Shown here piece by piece: positions 8,413-19,357 of a stretch of DNA of 32,424 nucleotides. The number at the start of each line of letters is the position of its first letter. Positions within the stretch are counted from its first letter, which is position 1. The position numbers and the translations under genes are program-made. Source of the stretch: Betaproteobacteria bacterium (GTDB lineage: Bacteria > Pseudomonadota > Gammaproteobacteria > Burkholderiales > Burkholderiaceae_C); assembly GCA_009925955.1 (NCBI GenBank), contig RFPX01000001.1:1-32424 (forward strand), given 5' to 3'. The notes under the pieces were generated by a model. That model ran no database searches. It had not been told where the DNA came from and worked only from the letters and a program-made list of their open reading frames with translations.

Positions 8413-8964
8413 ATGAAGCCCACAACACCTGCAGCGGTTTTCGCACCGGCCGGTCGCCCTGAGGGGCAATGGCACCGGCTTCCGCCCACACGCCTGGCGC
8501 AGGAGGCGCGCCGCTGCTTGGAGCTGGCGCTGCTGGTGCTGCTGGCGCTGGCCGCCCTTGCATCCCCAGGGGTCGCCCGCGCGCAAGACAGTGCACAGCA
8601 GCTGCCCGCCATCACCCTCACCATGGGAATGCACCGCATCAGCGCCGAGGTGGCCCGCACACCGGAGCAGCGCGCCATTGGGTTGATGCACCGCAAGGCC
8701 ATGCCCCAACACGCCGGCATGATCTTTGTGTTCGAGCGGCCCGAGCCCCTGTGCTTCTGGATGAAGAACACCCTCATCCCGCTGTCCATCGCCTTCCTAC
8801 AGGACGATGGCACCATCCTCAACATTGAGGAGATGAAGCCTCAGACGCTCAACAGCCACTGCTCACTGAGGCCCGCCCGTTTCGCCCTGGAAATGAACGC
8901 GGGCTGGTTCAGCAAGCGCGGCCTCAAGCCAGGCGACAAGGTCTCCGGCGAGATCTTTAAATGA
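8413..8964 (+). CDS. DUF192 domain-containing secreted protein
   Basis: Signal-peptide-like LELALLVLLALAALASPGVARA, followed by the DUF192 pattern (AEVARTPEQRAIGLMHR...MIFVF...FWMKNTLIPLSIAF...). The start may be downstream (in-frame TTG after an AGGAGG) because the first ~30 aa precede the signal peptide. Confidence 0.8.
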   Translation: MKPTTPAAVFAPAGRPEGQWHRLPPTRLAQEARRCLELALLVLLALAALASPGVARAQDSAQQLPAITLTMGMHRISAEVARTPEQRAIGLMHRKAMPQHAGMIFVFERPEPLCFWMKNTLIPLSIAFLQDDGTILNIEEMKPQTLNSHCSLRPARFALEMNAGWFSKRGLKPGDKVSGEIFK

Positions 8965-8990
8965 CAACGGGGCCCAAGGCCCCGTCGTTG
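8965..8990. terminator. Hairpin between convergent DUF192 gene and sodB
   Basis: ACGGGGCC-CAA-GGCCCCGT 8-bp GC stem, extended by imperfect pairs. On the minus strand it is followed by TCATTTAAAG, a modest U-tract, so it probably terminates sodB. Confidence 0.5.
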
Positions 8991-9026
8991 ATCGGTCACC
9001 AGGCAGCGCAGGCCCGGCGGCTGGGA

Positions 9027-9614
9027 TCAGGCGAAATTGGTCTGGGCAAAGTCCCAGTTCACCAGCTTGTCCAGGAAGGTCTCGACAAACTTGGGCCGCA
9101 GGTTGCGGTAGTCGATGTAGTAGGCATGCTCCCACACATCCACGGTCAACAAGGCCTTGTCGGCACCGGTCAGCGGCGTGCCGGCCGCACCCGTGTTGAC
9201 AATGTCCACTGAACCGTCAGCCTTCTTGACCAGCCAGGTCCAGCCCGAGCCAAAGTTGCCGACAGCAGACTTGACGAAGGCTTCACGGAAGGCGGCGTAG
9301 CTGCCCCACTTGGCGTTGATGGCAGCCGCCAGGGCGCCACTGGGCTCTCCACCGCCGTTGGGCTTCATGCAATGCCAGAAAAAGGTGTGGTTCCAGATCT
9401 GGGCTGCGTTGTTGTAGATGGGGCCCGGGTTCGGGGCCTTCTTGATGATGGACTCCAGGTCCAGGGCCTCGTACTCGGTGCCCTTTTGCAGGTTGTTCAG
9501 GTTCACCACGTAGGCGTTGTGGTGCTTGCCGTGGTGGAACTCCAGCGTCTCGCGGCTGTAGTGCGGGGCCAGGGCGTCCAGGCTGTAGGGCAAGGCAGGC
9601 AGGGTGTGTTCCAT
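9027..9614 (-). CDS. sodB: Superoxide dismutase (Fe/Mn family, Fe-type-like)
   Basis: LPALPYSLDALAPHYSRETLEFHHGKHH..., AAQIWNHTFFW and DVWEHAYYIDYRN are hallmark Fe/Mn-SOD motifs. GAAGGA lies upstream of the ATG. Confidence 0.93.
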   Translation of the reverse strand: MEHTLPALPYSLDALAPHYSRETLEFHHGKHHNAYVVNLNNLQKGTEYEALDLESIIKKAPNPGPIYNNAAQIWNHTFFWHCMKPNGGGEPSGALAAAINAKWGSYAAFREAFVKSAVGNFGSGWTWLVKKADGSVDIVNTGAAGTPLTGADKALLTVDVWEHAYYIDYRNLRPKFVETFLDKLVNWDFAQTNFA

Positions 9615-9651
9615 GGGGTCCTTCTAGGCGGAAGTGGTACAGACTGGCCGG

Positions 9652-9677
9652 ATTGTAGGCACCGGCGGCAGCCTCAA
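9652..9677 (-). promoter_or_regulatory. Possible sodB promoter (-10 TACAAT)
   Basis: On the minus strand: TTGAGG-N14-TACAAT, ~38 nt upstream of the sodB ATG. The -10 is good. The -35 spacing is short, so confidence is low. Confidence 0.3.
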
Positions 9678-11032
9678 GGTCGCCGTGGACTATCGCCCTT
9701 CGTCACCGGGTGCACCGACTCCACGCGCATTTGTGCGCGGCCATCGTGCCAGACCGCTGTCAGGGCCTGGCCCGGGACGGCCTGCAGCGCTGAGGTCAGT
9801 GGAGCGCCGTGCGCATCGCTCACCCAGGCATAGCCCCGCTGGAGCACAGCCGACGGGTCCTGGGCCTGATGCCGCAGCCGCAAGCGATCCCACTGTCGCT
9901 GAGCCAGGGTGAGCTGCTGGGTCTGCGCAGCCATCAGCCTTGAGGCCCGCCGCTGCAGGGAAAGGCCCTCCTGCTGAAGCGGCTCGAGCGCAGCCCGCAG
10001 CAAACGCCCCTGCAGGGCCTGCAGGCCTTGTTGATGCCGTGAAAGAACCGCCGCGGGGCGCAGCACGGCCATGGCCAACTGATCCAGGTGTTGCCCCTGA
10101 CGGTCCAGGCTGCGTTGCATCGACAAGGCCATCCGCCGTGCCTGCTCGGCCAGTGCCTGCAGCTCATCAGCGCGCACCGGTGTGGCCAACTCGGCCGCCG
10201 CCGTGGGCGTGGCCGCCCGAATGTCGGCCGCAAAGTCCGACAGCGTCACATCGGTCTCATGCCCGACCCCGCACACGAGCGGTTTGGGGCACCCCACCAC
10301 GGCACGCACCACCCGCTCGTCGTTGAAGCACCACAGGTCCTCCAAGGACCCTCCCCCACGGGCCAAGATGACGACATCCGTGTCGGGATCATCGGCGGCC
10401 TGTTGCAGCGCGCGAACCAGCGCCACCGGCGCCTCAGTACCCTGGACCAAGCTGGGGTAGACCACGACCTGGACATGCGGTGCGCGGCGCTGGATCACCG
10501 TCAACACATCCCGCAAGGCGGCCGCCTGCAGCGAAGAGACCACCGCGATGCGCCGTGGATGGGCTGGCAGCGGCCGCTTTCGGGCCTCGTCAAACAGGCC
10601 TTCGGCCTGCAGGCGGTTCTTTAGGCGCAAAAACTCCTCGTAAAGCGAACCCGAGCCCACCAGGTGCAGGGACTCCACGATGAACTGCAGATCCCCTCGA
10701 GGCTCATACAGGGCCAGGCGGCCCACCGCTTCCACCTGCAGGCCGTCTCGAGGCACGAACGACAAATGAGCCGCAGAGCGCTTGAACAGCGCGCATCGGA
10801 TCAAGGCGTCATGGCCTTGCGCATCCTTGAGGCTGAAGTAACGGTGGCCGCTGGCCGCCTGCGTGCAGGCACTGAGCTCGCCGCACACTCGAACCGACCC
10901 AAACCTCGCCTGCAGGGCATCACCCAGGGCCTGAACCAGTGCAGCCACCCCCCAGATTCGTCCGGCAGGACCGCGCTCAGAGGTAGGATTCACGGGTGCA
11001 TCCCTTGGCGGGCATCGTCGGGTACTCCACAA
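9674..11032 (-). CDS. xseA: Exodeoxyribonuclease VII large subunit
   Basis: Matches E. coli XseA along its length as I recall it (SGHRYFSLKD, LYEPRGDLQFIVESL, RGGGSLEDLWCFNDE, GHETDVTLSDFAAD). The longest ORF starts at TTG 11032. GTG 10993 (MNPTSERG...) is the more likely start. Confidence 0.88.
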   Translation of the reverse strand: MWSTRRCPPRDAPVNPTSERGPAGRIWGVAALVQALGDALQARFGSVRVCGELSACTQAASGHRYFSLKDAQGHDALIRCALFKRSAAHLSFVPRDGLQVEAVGRLALYEPRGDLQFIVESLHLVGSGSLYEEFLRLKNRLQAEGLFDEARKRPLPAHPRRIAVVSSLQAAALRDVLTVIQRRAPHVQVVVYPSLVQGTEAPVALVRALQQAADDPDTDVVILARGGGSLEDLWCFNDERVVRAVVGCPKPLVCGVGHETDVTLSDFAADIRAATPTAAAELATPVRADELQALAEQARRMALSMQRSLDRQGQHLDQLAMAVLRPAAVLSRHQQGLQALQGRLLRAALEPLQQEGLSLQRRASRLMAAQTQQLTLAQRQWDRLRLRHQAQDPSAVLQRGYAWVSDAHGAPLTSALQAVPGQALTAVWHDGRAQMRVESVHPVTKGDSPRRP

Positions 11033-11186
11033 GCACGAGAAGATCGGCGTTTCACGGGACTATAGCCCCGAAAACCATGGGTTTACGTCGCAAGTTATTG
11101 AATTAAAACGAGTTTTTGCCGAGAAACAAAATCGATGCAGACCGAAGCGTCAACCCTACTGGCCTTTTGGTGCCCGCACCCATGAC

Positions 11187-11225
11187 TTGTTCACAAAGTT
11201 ATCCACAGACCCAGGCTTCTCCACA
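11187..11225 (+). promoter_or_regulatory. Cluster of three co-oriented DnaA-box-like 9-mers upstream of lpxK
   Basis: TTGTTCACA (11187..11195, 2 mismatches), TTATCCACA (11199..11207, perfect consensus) and TTCTCCACA (11217..11225, 1 mismatch). They lie immediately downstream of an AT-rich stretch (11081..11137). Confidence 0.4.
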
Positions 11226-11249
11226 AGCCTTGTGCACACGTCGAGACTC

Positions 11250-12425
11250 ATGATACCGGTGCAAGGCCGCCCGAACCCCACTCAGCCCACCCCGGTACCC
11301 GCCGCACCGGCGCTGCTGGCACAGCTGGTGCAGGCCCTGGGCGCCCTTTGGTGGCGCCCACCGAAGTTGGGCGGTACGCTGGGCATTTGGGTCCTCGCCC
11401 CGTTGTCCTGGGCGTACAGGGTGCTGGCCGCAGCCCACCGGCGGCTGACCCGTGCCCCGGCCCCGCCCACTCCCCTACAGCGCCGTGCAACGCCGGAGCC
11501 GGCCGATGCGGCCGTACACGCCCCTGTACCCACCATCGTGGTGGGCAACTGGGTGGTGGGTGGCGCTGGCAAGACCCCCACCACCCTGGCCCTGTTGGCC
11601 CACCTTCAGAAGGCGGGATGGACACCCGGTGTGGTCTCCAGGGGCTATGGCCGCCGCAGCGGCCAAACCCTGCTGGTCGACCCCCTGCGCAGCCATGCAC
11701 AGGACGTCGGCGATGAACCCCTGCTGCTGGCACGCCGAGCCGGTGTGCGCGTGGTGGTTGGGCGGGACCGCCGGCGCGCACGCGAGCACCTGCTGCAGTC
11801 ATGTCCAGAGGTGAACGTCGTGGTGGCCGACGACGGGCTGCAGCACCACCGCCTGTGGCGCGACCTGGAGGTGGTGGTGGTGGATGAACGTGGAGCGGGC
11901 AACGGCTGGTGCATCCCAGCGGGCCCCTTGCGCGAGCCCCTGCCGCCGACGCTACCGCCCAAGACCCTGCTGCTGTACAGCGCCGGTGTGGCCACCTTGG
12001 GGCTTCCCGGGTTCCTCGCCCAGCGGCATCTGGCGGGCATCCAAACCCTCCAGGATTGGCTGGCCGGCCAACCGTGCCCCGCCGATGGTGGCTGGGAGGC
12101 CGTTCGGGGACTGCAGATGCAGGCAGCCGCCGCGATCGCAGTGCCCGAGCGCTTCTTCGAATCCCTGCGCCAGCACGGGATCGCGCTGGCGCAAACCCAT
12201 GCCTTGCCAGACCACGACCCCTGGAATGCCTTGCCGTGGGACGCATCCGTGCGCGAGGTCATCGTCACAGAGAAGGATGCCGTGAAGCTGACCGACCTCG
12301 CCCTCCATCCCACCAGCACCCGCGTGTGGGTGGCGCGGCTAGACTTGTGCCTGCCCGCCGACTTCACCATGGCGCTGGACCAGCGGTTGCAAGCCATCCG
12401 CACGGGCAGCGCCCTCAAGGCCTGA
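11250..12425 (+). CDS. lpxK: Tetraacyldisaccharide 4'-kinase
   Basis: P-loop VVGNWVVGGAGKTPTTLALLAHL...VVSRGYGR and the downstream LpxK pattern. Start set at ATG 11250; the track ORF begins at an upstream TTG (11187) that would add 21 poorly LpxK-like residues. Confidence 0.88.
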   Translation: MIPVQGRPNPTQPTPVPAAPALLAQLVQALGALWWRPPKLGGTLGIWVLAPLSWAYRVLAAAHRRLTRAPAPPTPLQRRATPEPADAAVHAPVPTIVVGNWVVGGAGKTPTTLALLAHLQKAGWTPGVVSRGYGRRSGQTLLVDPLRSHAQDVGDEPLLLARRAGVRVVVGRDRRRAREHLLQSCPEVNVVVADDGLQHHRLWRDLEVVVVDERGAGNGWCIPAGPLREPLPPTLPPKTLLLYSAGVATLGLPGFLAQRHLAGIQTLQDWLAGQPCPADGGWEAVRGLQMQAAAAIAVPERFFESLRQHGIALAQTHALPDHDPWNALPWDASVREVIVTEKDAVKLTDLALHPTSTRVWVARLDLCLPADFTMALDQRLQAIRTGSALKA

Positions 12426-12428
12426 ACC

Positions 12429-12619
12429 ATGGACAACCGCCTGATCGAGCTGCTCGTATGCCCTCTGTGCAAGGGCCCCCTGACCATGCGCCGGGATGAG
12501 GAGCAGCGCCCCGTGGGACTGGCTTGCGCCGCAGACCGCCTCCTGTTTCCCATTCGAGATGGGATACCCGTGATGCTGGAATCCGAGGCGCTGCCCCTGG
12601 AAACCGAGGGCCAAGGGCC

Positions 12620-12623
<4 letters not shown>
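12429..12623 (+). CDS. Trm112/YcaR (UPF0434) family small protein
   Basis: 64 aa with [11 protein letters not shown] ... [10 protein letters not shown], the typical Trm112-like signature. It occupies the conserved position between lpxK and kdsB. Confidence 0.85.
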
Positions 12624-14099
<1,476 letters not shown>

Positions 14100-14117
14100 A
14101 GCACCGCGGCCCACCAC

Positions 14118-14146
14118 ACGGCGACGAAGAGTCGCCGTTTTCATTT
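14118..14146 (+). terminator. Rho-independent terminator of adk
   Basis: ACGGCGAC-GAAGA-GTCGCCGT is a perfect 8-bp stem, followed by TTTCATTT. Confidence 0.7.
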
Positions 14147-14195
14147 GGGCGGGCCTGCAGCCAACACCACATCCAACCACACAAGGGAGCAGCAC

Positions 14196-14954
14196 ATGGA
14201 CATCAAGGGCAAGGTTTTCATCGTCACCGGCGGAGCCTCTGGCTTGGGCGAGGGCACGGCTCGCATGCTTGCAGGCCAAGGCGGCACCGTGGTGATCGCG
14301 GACCTGCAGGAAGACAAAGGCCGTGCCTTGGCCGCGGAACTCGGAGGTGCCTTCGTCAAGTGCGATGTGTCCAACGAAGAGGACGGCAAGGCCGTGGTGG
14401 CCAAGGCCACCTCGCTGGGCAAGCTCATGGGGCTGGTGAACTGTGCCGGCATCGCCACCGCCGCCAAGACGGTGGGCAAGGACGGAGCGCACGCCCTGAG
14501 CCTCTACACCAAGACCATCATGGTCAACCTGGTGGGCAGCTTCAACATGATCCGCTTGGCAGCCGAAGCCATGAGCCGCAACGAACCCGAACCCACGGGT
14601 GAGCGCGGGGTCTTGATCAGCACCGCCAGCGTGGCCGCTTACGACGGCCAGATCGGCCAAGCCGCCTACTCGGCTTCGAAGGGTGGCATCGTGGGCATGA
14701 CGTTGCCCATCGCACGTGACCTGGCCCGCAACGGCATCCGCAACATGACCATCGCACCCGGCATCTTTGGCACCCCGATGTTGTTCGGCATGCCGCAGGA
14801 GGTGCAGGACGCCTTGGCTGCCGGTGTTCCCTTCCCCAGCCGCTTGGGTACGCCCCAGGACTACGCCCGGCTGGCCCGGCACATCATTGAGAACGACATG
14901 CTCAACGGCGAGGTCATCCGGCTGGACGGCGCGATTCGCCTGCCCCCAAAGTGA
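14196..14954 (+). CDS. Short-chain dehydrogenase/reductase, 3-hydroxyacyl-CoA dehydrogenase type-II-like
   Basis: TGGASGLG Rossmann motif, the catalytic S...YSASK motif, and overall resemblance to HSD17B10/FadB2-type SDRs. AAGGGAG lies 6 nt upstream of ATG 14196. Confidence 0.88.
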   Translation: MDIKGKVFIVTGGASGLGEGTARMLAGQGGTVVIADLQEDKGRALAAELGGAFVKCDVSNEEDGKAVVAKATSLGKLMGLVNCAGIATAAKTVGKDGAHALSLYTKTIMVNLVGSFNMIRLAAEAMSRNEPEPTGERGVLISTASVAAYDGQIGQAAYSASKGGIVGMTLPIARDLARNGIRNMTIAPGIFGTPMLFGMPQEVQDALAAGVPFPSRLGTPQDYARLARHIIENDMLNGEVIRLDGAIRLPPK

Positions 14955-14957
14955 CCA

Positions 14958-15035
<78 letters not shown>

Positions 15036-15045
15036 AACGGATCGG

Positions 15046-15067
15046 ATTGTAGAGGCCCGCGGGCCTC
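15046..15067 (-). promoter_or_regulatory. Perfect 16-bp palindrome (terminator of the TPP gene) abutting a TACAAT -10 element for tRNA-Pro
   Basis: The minus strand reads GAGGCCCGCGGGCCTC TACAAT CCGATCCGTT, followed by the tRNA 5' end. The palindrome lies 17 nt after the upstream stop codon, and the -10 hexamer is 10 nt before the mature tRNA end. Confidence 0.45.
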
Positions 15068-15084
15068 GCCCAGCCCGAACCTGC

Positions 15085-16867
15085 TCAGTTGCCCGCGTGA
15101 CGCTTCAAGGCCGCTGCACGGATGGCCTGCAGCGTGGTCCGCGAGGTGATCACGTCGGTGGGCAACTGCAGGTGAATCAGGCTTGGCCCCGCGTGGCGCA
15201 AAGCCCTCACAAACGCCGGCTCGAACTCCTCGGTGCGCGTGACCCGCTCGGCAGCCCATCCATAGGCCCGCGCCAAGGCGGCGAAATCGGGGTTGTAGAG
15301 GTCGCTGCCGCTGACACGCCCCGGAAACTCGCGCTCCTGGTGCATGCGGATCGTGCCGTAGGTGCCGTTGTCGACCACGATGCTGATGAGGGGCGCGCCG
15401 TCCCGGCCGGCTCCGTATCCGGTGGCCGTGGCCATTTCCTGCCCGTTCATCAGGAAGTCACCGTCGCCCGCCAGGTTGATGACCACCCGGCCCGGCTGTG
15501 TCAGCGAAGCGGCCACCGCTGCGGGCAGGCCGTAACCCATGGCGCCCGAGGTGGGGGCCAGCTGCGTTTTGCCCGTGTGGGCCAGGCCGGGGTAGCGCAG
15601 ATATCGGTGCAGCCAACCCGAGTAGTTACCGGCGCCGTTGGTGTACACGGTGTCCGCCGGTGCCAGGCGCTCCAGTGTCTTCACCACCACCGCCAGGTCC
15701 ATGGGCTCCACCGGCGTGTGTTCTCGGTTGCGAGCGTAGTCGGCCACGGCTGCTGCCGTCCAGGTGGACCACGTGGGTGGTGTGGTGGGCATGCCCAAGC
15801 CGGCCAGCACCTCGTCCATGCTGGACAGGCAAGCCTGCAGCAGGACGTCGGCCGCGTAGACGCGGCCCAATTCCTCGGCACCAGGGTGCAGGTGCACCAG
15901 CCGCTGTTGGGGCCTGGGTGCCTGCAGCAGCGTGTAGCCGCTGGTGGTCATCTCGCCCAGCCGCAACCCCAGTGCCATCACCAGGTCGGCCTGCCGGATG
16001 CGCTCGGCCAGTGCTGGGTTGATGCCAATGCCAGCGTCGCCCACGTACAAGGGATGTCGGTTGTCGAACGTGTCCTGAAACCGAAGACCGCAAGACACAG
16101 GCAGGTTCCAGGACTGGGCGAATTGCTCCAAAGCGAGCGCGCTGCGCGGTGTCCAGCCGCTGCCACCGACCAACATCAAGGGACGCTGCGCGGCCTCCAG
16201 CAGACTGCGCCAGCGCGCCAGGTCTGCAGCGGCGGGTACGGTGTACGGTGCGCACCGGTTCGACGCGAGGCAGCACGGCGGCCTCGGTCATGCCCGACAT
16301 CACGTCTTCGGGCACCGCCAGCACCACCGGGCCGGGCCGCCCCTGCAGCGCGGTGTGGAAAGCCCGGGCGATGTACTCCGGCAGGCGAGCGGCGTCACCC
16401 ACCTCGGCAGCCCATTTGGCCATACCCAAGGTTCCAGGCCCAAAGAACTGTCGGTAGTCGAGTTCCTGAAAGGCCTCGCGGTCGCGAAACTCAGCACCCA
16501 CCTGACCCACGATCACCACCAGGGGCGTGCTGTCCTGGAACGCGGTGTGGATGCCGATGGAGGCGTTGGTGGCGCCCGGCCCCCGGGTGACCATGCACAC
16601 ACCCGGGCGGCCGGTCAGCTTCCCGTGCGCCTCGGCCATGAAGGCCGCACCGCCCTCCTGCCGACAGGCCACGAAGCGGATGCGGGCCTGGTGGGCATGA
16701 AACCCGTCGAGTGCCGCCAGGAAACTTTCGCCGGGCACGCCGAAGACCGTGTCCACGCCCTGCTCGATGAGCGCCTCCACGATCACATGCCCGCCCGGAC
16801 GGGGCTTTGCCCCATCAGGCCGGGAGTCGATGCCGGCGAAGCCGGACGGAGCCTGGCCCGCGCTCAC
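15085..16867 (-). pseudogene. Thiamine-diphosphate-dependent enzyme (acetolactate synthase-like family), reading frame broken by a 7-bp duplication
   Basis: The N-terminal TPP/Pyr domain (VIVEALIEQGVDTVFGVPGESF..., TRGPGATN) sits in the frame of track ORF 15626..17185. The central and C-terminal TPP-binding domains (PLMLVGGSGW..., GAMGYGLPAAVAA...LAGDGDFLMN) sit in the frame of ORF 15085..16179. The frame switch maps to 16236..16249. The GTG start at 16867 overlaps the MFS stop (GTGA). Confidence 0.8.
16236..16249. repeat. Perfect 7-bp tandem duplication GTACGGT GTACGGT (ACCGTAC x2 on the coding strand)
   Basis: Read directly from the sequence. It lies exactly at the frame switch of the TPP enzyme. 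Confidence 0.9.
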
Positions 16868-18156
16868 GACGCAGACCCGGTGGCCAAGGGTGGCGCCTGG
16901 TGCAGGCGTTTGCCGACCCAAGTGGCTGAGGCCACCCCCAAACACAGGGCCAAGGCCGCGCCCACGAACAAGCTGCTGGAGCCGCCGTGGTCCAGCAGCC
17001 ATCCAAACACGGGCGCTGCCACTGCAAAGCCCACATCCAGGCCGGAGTACACCGTTCCATAGACCCGACCCGTGGCCCCCGGCGGAGCAGCCTTGCGAAT
17101 CAGCATGTCCCGCGATGGGCCGGCCAAGCCGGTCCCCAGCCCGGCCAGCGCTACGAGCAGCCCGCTGAGCAAGGCTGGCAGCCACCCTGAACCCGCCAAC
17201 ACCAGCAGGGCCGCCGACATCCCCATGGCCAGCGCAATGTTGCGCTCCAGGCGCGGCGACGACTTGACCACGAATCCGCCCATGACCATGCCCACCGCAC
17301 TGGCCACCATGTAGCCCGTGATCATCAAGGCCAACCAGCCCAGGGGCTCCTCATACAGCCGGCCCATGGCGGGCCCCAAGAAACTTTGCACCGCCGCCAG
17401 CGAACAGGTGCTCCAGAAGAAGAAGGAAAAGCACACCCACACCGACGGCAGGCGCAGGAAATCCAAAGCCGATGCGGGTGCGGTCTGCTGTGGTGCAGCC
17501 GGCGTGCCCGTTGGTGCTGATCGCACCACCGATGGTGGTTTCGGCCTCAGCGCAGCCGATCGCCACCACAGCAGGGCCGCCACTGCACACGCCCACAAGG
17601 CGCAAACCAGCATCGACCACCGCCAGGAGCCCGTGGCGGCAGCCACCCCCGCAATCACCAAGGGAGCCGCGGCCCAACCCAAGTTGCCGCTGATCCCGTG
17701 CACGGAGAAGGCGTGCCCCAGGCGAGAAGGCGACACCCGCTGGTTCAGGATGGAAAAGTCCGCCGGGTGAAACGGCGCATTGCCCACGCCGGCCAGGGCT
17801 GCAGCCAACATGAACCCGGCATAGTCCTGGGCACCTGCGGCGGCCACTGCCGCCAAGGCAAAGCTGCCCATGGCCCCCATCAGCACCGGCCAAGCCCCCA
17901 CCCGGTCGACCACAAAGCCCGCCAAGGCCTGACCCACACCGGAAATGACAAAAAAGACCGTCACCAAGAGCCCCAACTCGGCGTAGCTGAAACCGTGTTC
18001 GGCTGCCAACAAGGGAAACAAGGGGGGCAGGAGCAGGTGGAAGAAGTGGGAGGTGCCGTGGGCCAACCCCACCAAGCCGATGGTCTCCACATCCTGTGAA
18101 CGGCCAGAGTCTGGTGGAGCCCCTGAGCCTGCGGCCGGAGCGCTTGCGGTGTTCAT
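16864..18156 (-). CDS. MFS transporter
   Basis: 430 aa with a highly hydrophobic, ~12-TM-like profile and typical MFS loop motifs ([11 protein letters not shown]). ATG start at 18156. Confidence 0.88.
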   Translation of the reverse strand: MNTASAPAAGSGAPPDSGRSQDVETIGLVGLAHGTSHFFHLLLPPLFPLLAAEHGFSYAELGLLVTVFFVISGVGQALAGFVVDRVGAWPVLMGAMGSFALAAVAAAGAQDYAGFMLAAALAGVGNAPFHPADFSILNQRVSPSRLGHAFSVHGISGNLGWAAAPLVIAGVAAATGSWRWSMLVCALWACAVAALLWWRSAALRPKPPSVVRSAPTGTPAAPQQTAPASALDFLRLPSVWVCFSFFFWSTCSLAAVQSFLGPAMGRLYEEPLGWLALMITGYMVASAVGMVMGGFVVKSSPRLERNIALAMGMSAALLVLAGSGWLPALLSGLLVALAGLGTGLAGPSRDMLIRKAAPPGATGRVYGTVYSGLDVGFAVAAPVFGWLLDHGGSSSLFVGAALALCLGVASATWVGKRLHQAPPLATGSAS

Positions 18157-18228
18157 GCCCCAATCCTAAGCCAGCACGGCAGGCTTGGCGCCAGGGGCGT
18201 ACAGTACCGGTCCTTCCCCCAAACGGCC

Positions 18229-19353
18229 ATGACCGAAAACGTTCTCTTCGATTACCGCCTCGCCGATTCGGCGGGCAGCAGCTGCACGGCCCAGGCCTGG
18301 GCCAAGGTGCCCCCTGCCCTGGATGCTGCCCAGCGGCAAGCGATGCGCCAGCGCGTCCGTGAGCTGCTGCACGCGCATCAGGCCGTGCTGGTGGCCCACT
18401 ACTACGTGGACGCCGACATACAAGACCTGGCCCTGGAGACCGGCGGCTGCGTCGCAGACTCGTTGGAGATGGCCCGTTTTGGCCGAGACCATCCTGCGCG
18501 GACGCTGCTGGTGGCAGGGGTTCGCTTCATGGGCGAAACCGCCAAGATCCTCAGCCCAGACAAGCGCGTGCTGATGCCCGACCTGGAGGCCACCTGTTCC
18601 CTGGACCTGGGCTGTCCCGCAGACGACTTTGCCGCCTTCTGTGATGCGCACCCCGACCGGGCTGTGGTGGTGTATGCCAACACCAGCGCGGCGGTGAAGG
18701 CACGGGCCGACTGGATGGTGACCAGCGCCTGTGCCATCGACATCGTGCGCCACCTGCAGCAGCAGGGTCGCAAGATCTTGTGGGCACCCGACCAGCATCT
18801 GGGGCGCTACATCCAAGACCAGACGGGCGCGGACATGCTCCTGTGGAATGGGGCCTGCATCGTTCACGACGAATTCAAGGGCGTGGAGCTGGAACTGCTC
18901 AAGCGCGAGCATCCAGGGGCCCGTGTGCTCGTGCATCCTGAAAGCCCGGCCTCCGTGGTGGCACAGGCCGACGTGGTGGGCTCGACCAGCCGCCTGCTCA
19001 AGGCCGTGGTGGAGGACCCTGCCGAGACCTTCATCGTGGCCACCGACAATGGCATCCTGCACCGCATGCGCCAGCTCGCCCCGGGCAAGCGGCTGATCGA
19101 GGCGCCCACGGCTGGTCAAAGCGCCACCTGCAAGAGCTGCGCGCACTGCCCCTGGATGGCCATGAACGGCCTGCAGGGACTGGTGCACAGCCTCGAAACG
19201 GGGTACGGCGAGATTGAGGTGGCCCAGCCCATTCGAGATCGGGCCCGGCGCTGCATCGACCGCATGCTTGACTTCACCGCCCAACAAGCGATCGCATCCA
19301 GCCCGCCCAAGGCATCGGCCACGGGGCTGGTGCGCCACATCGGTGCGGCCTGA
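18229..19353 (+). CDS. nadA: Quinolinate synthase
   Basis: 374 aa with the NadA pattern ([12 protein letters not shown]..., [25 protein letters not shown]..., [10 protein letters not shown]). Confidence 0.93.
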   Translation: MTENVLFDYRLADSAGSSCTAQAWAKVPPALDAAQRQAMRQRVRELLHAHQAVLVAHYYVDADIQDLALETGGCVADSLEMARFGRDHPARTLLVAGVRFMGETAKILSPDKRVLMPDLEATCSLDLGCPADDFAAFCDAHPDRAVVVYANTSAAVKARADWMVTSACAIDIVRHLQQQGRKILWAPDQHLGRYIQDQTGADMLLWNGACIVHDEFKGVELELLKREHPGARVLVHPESPASVVAQADVVGSTSRLLKAVVEDPAETFIVATDNGILHRMRQLAPGKRLIEAPTAGQSATCKSCAHCPWMAMNGLQGLVHSLETGYGEIEVAQPIRDRARRCIDRMLDFTAQQAIASSPPKASATGLVRHIGAA

Positions 19354-19357
19354 AACC

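Noticed and set aside
8333-8596. An N-terminal extension of ccoI (the track ORF starts at 8596)
   Set aside because: The extension is Pro/Ala/Gly-rich and overlaps the divergent DUF192 gene and the intergenic FNR-like site. The HMA domain begins shortly after ATG 8332.
15626-17185. A 519-aa minus-strand ORF taken at face value as one gene
   Set aside because: It is a composite. Its 5' end overlaps the MFS gene out of frame, its middle is the genuine N-terminal TPP domain, and its 3' ~200 codons are the out-of-frame read-through after the 7-bp duplication.
18157-18228. A possible riboswitch or regulatory leader upstream of nadA, and likewise upstream of moeA at 27201..27261
   Set aside because: The gaps are only 72 and 61 nt, too short for the known NAD+ or Moco riboswitch folds. 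I could not find conserved-looking helices in either.
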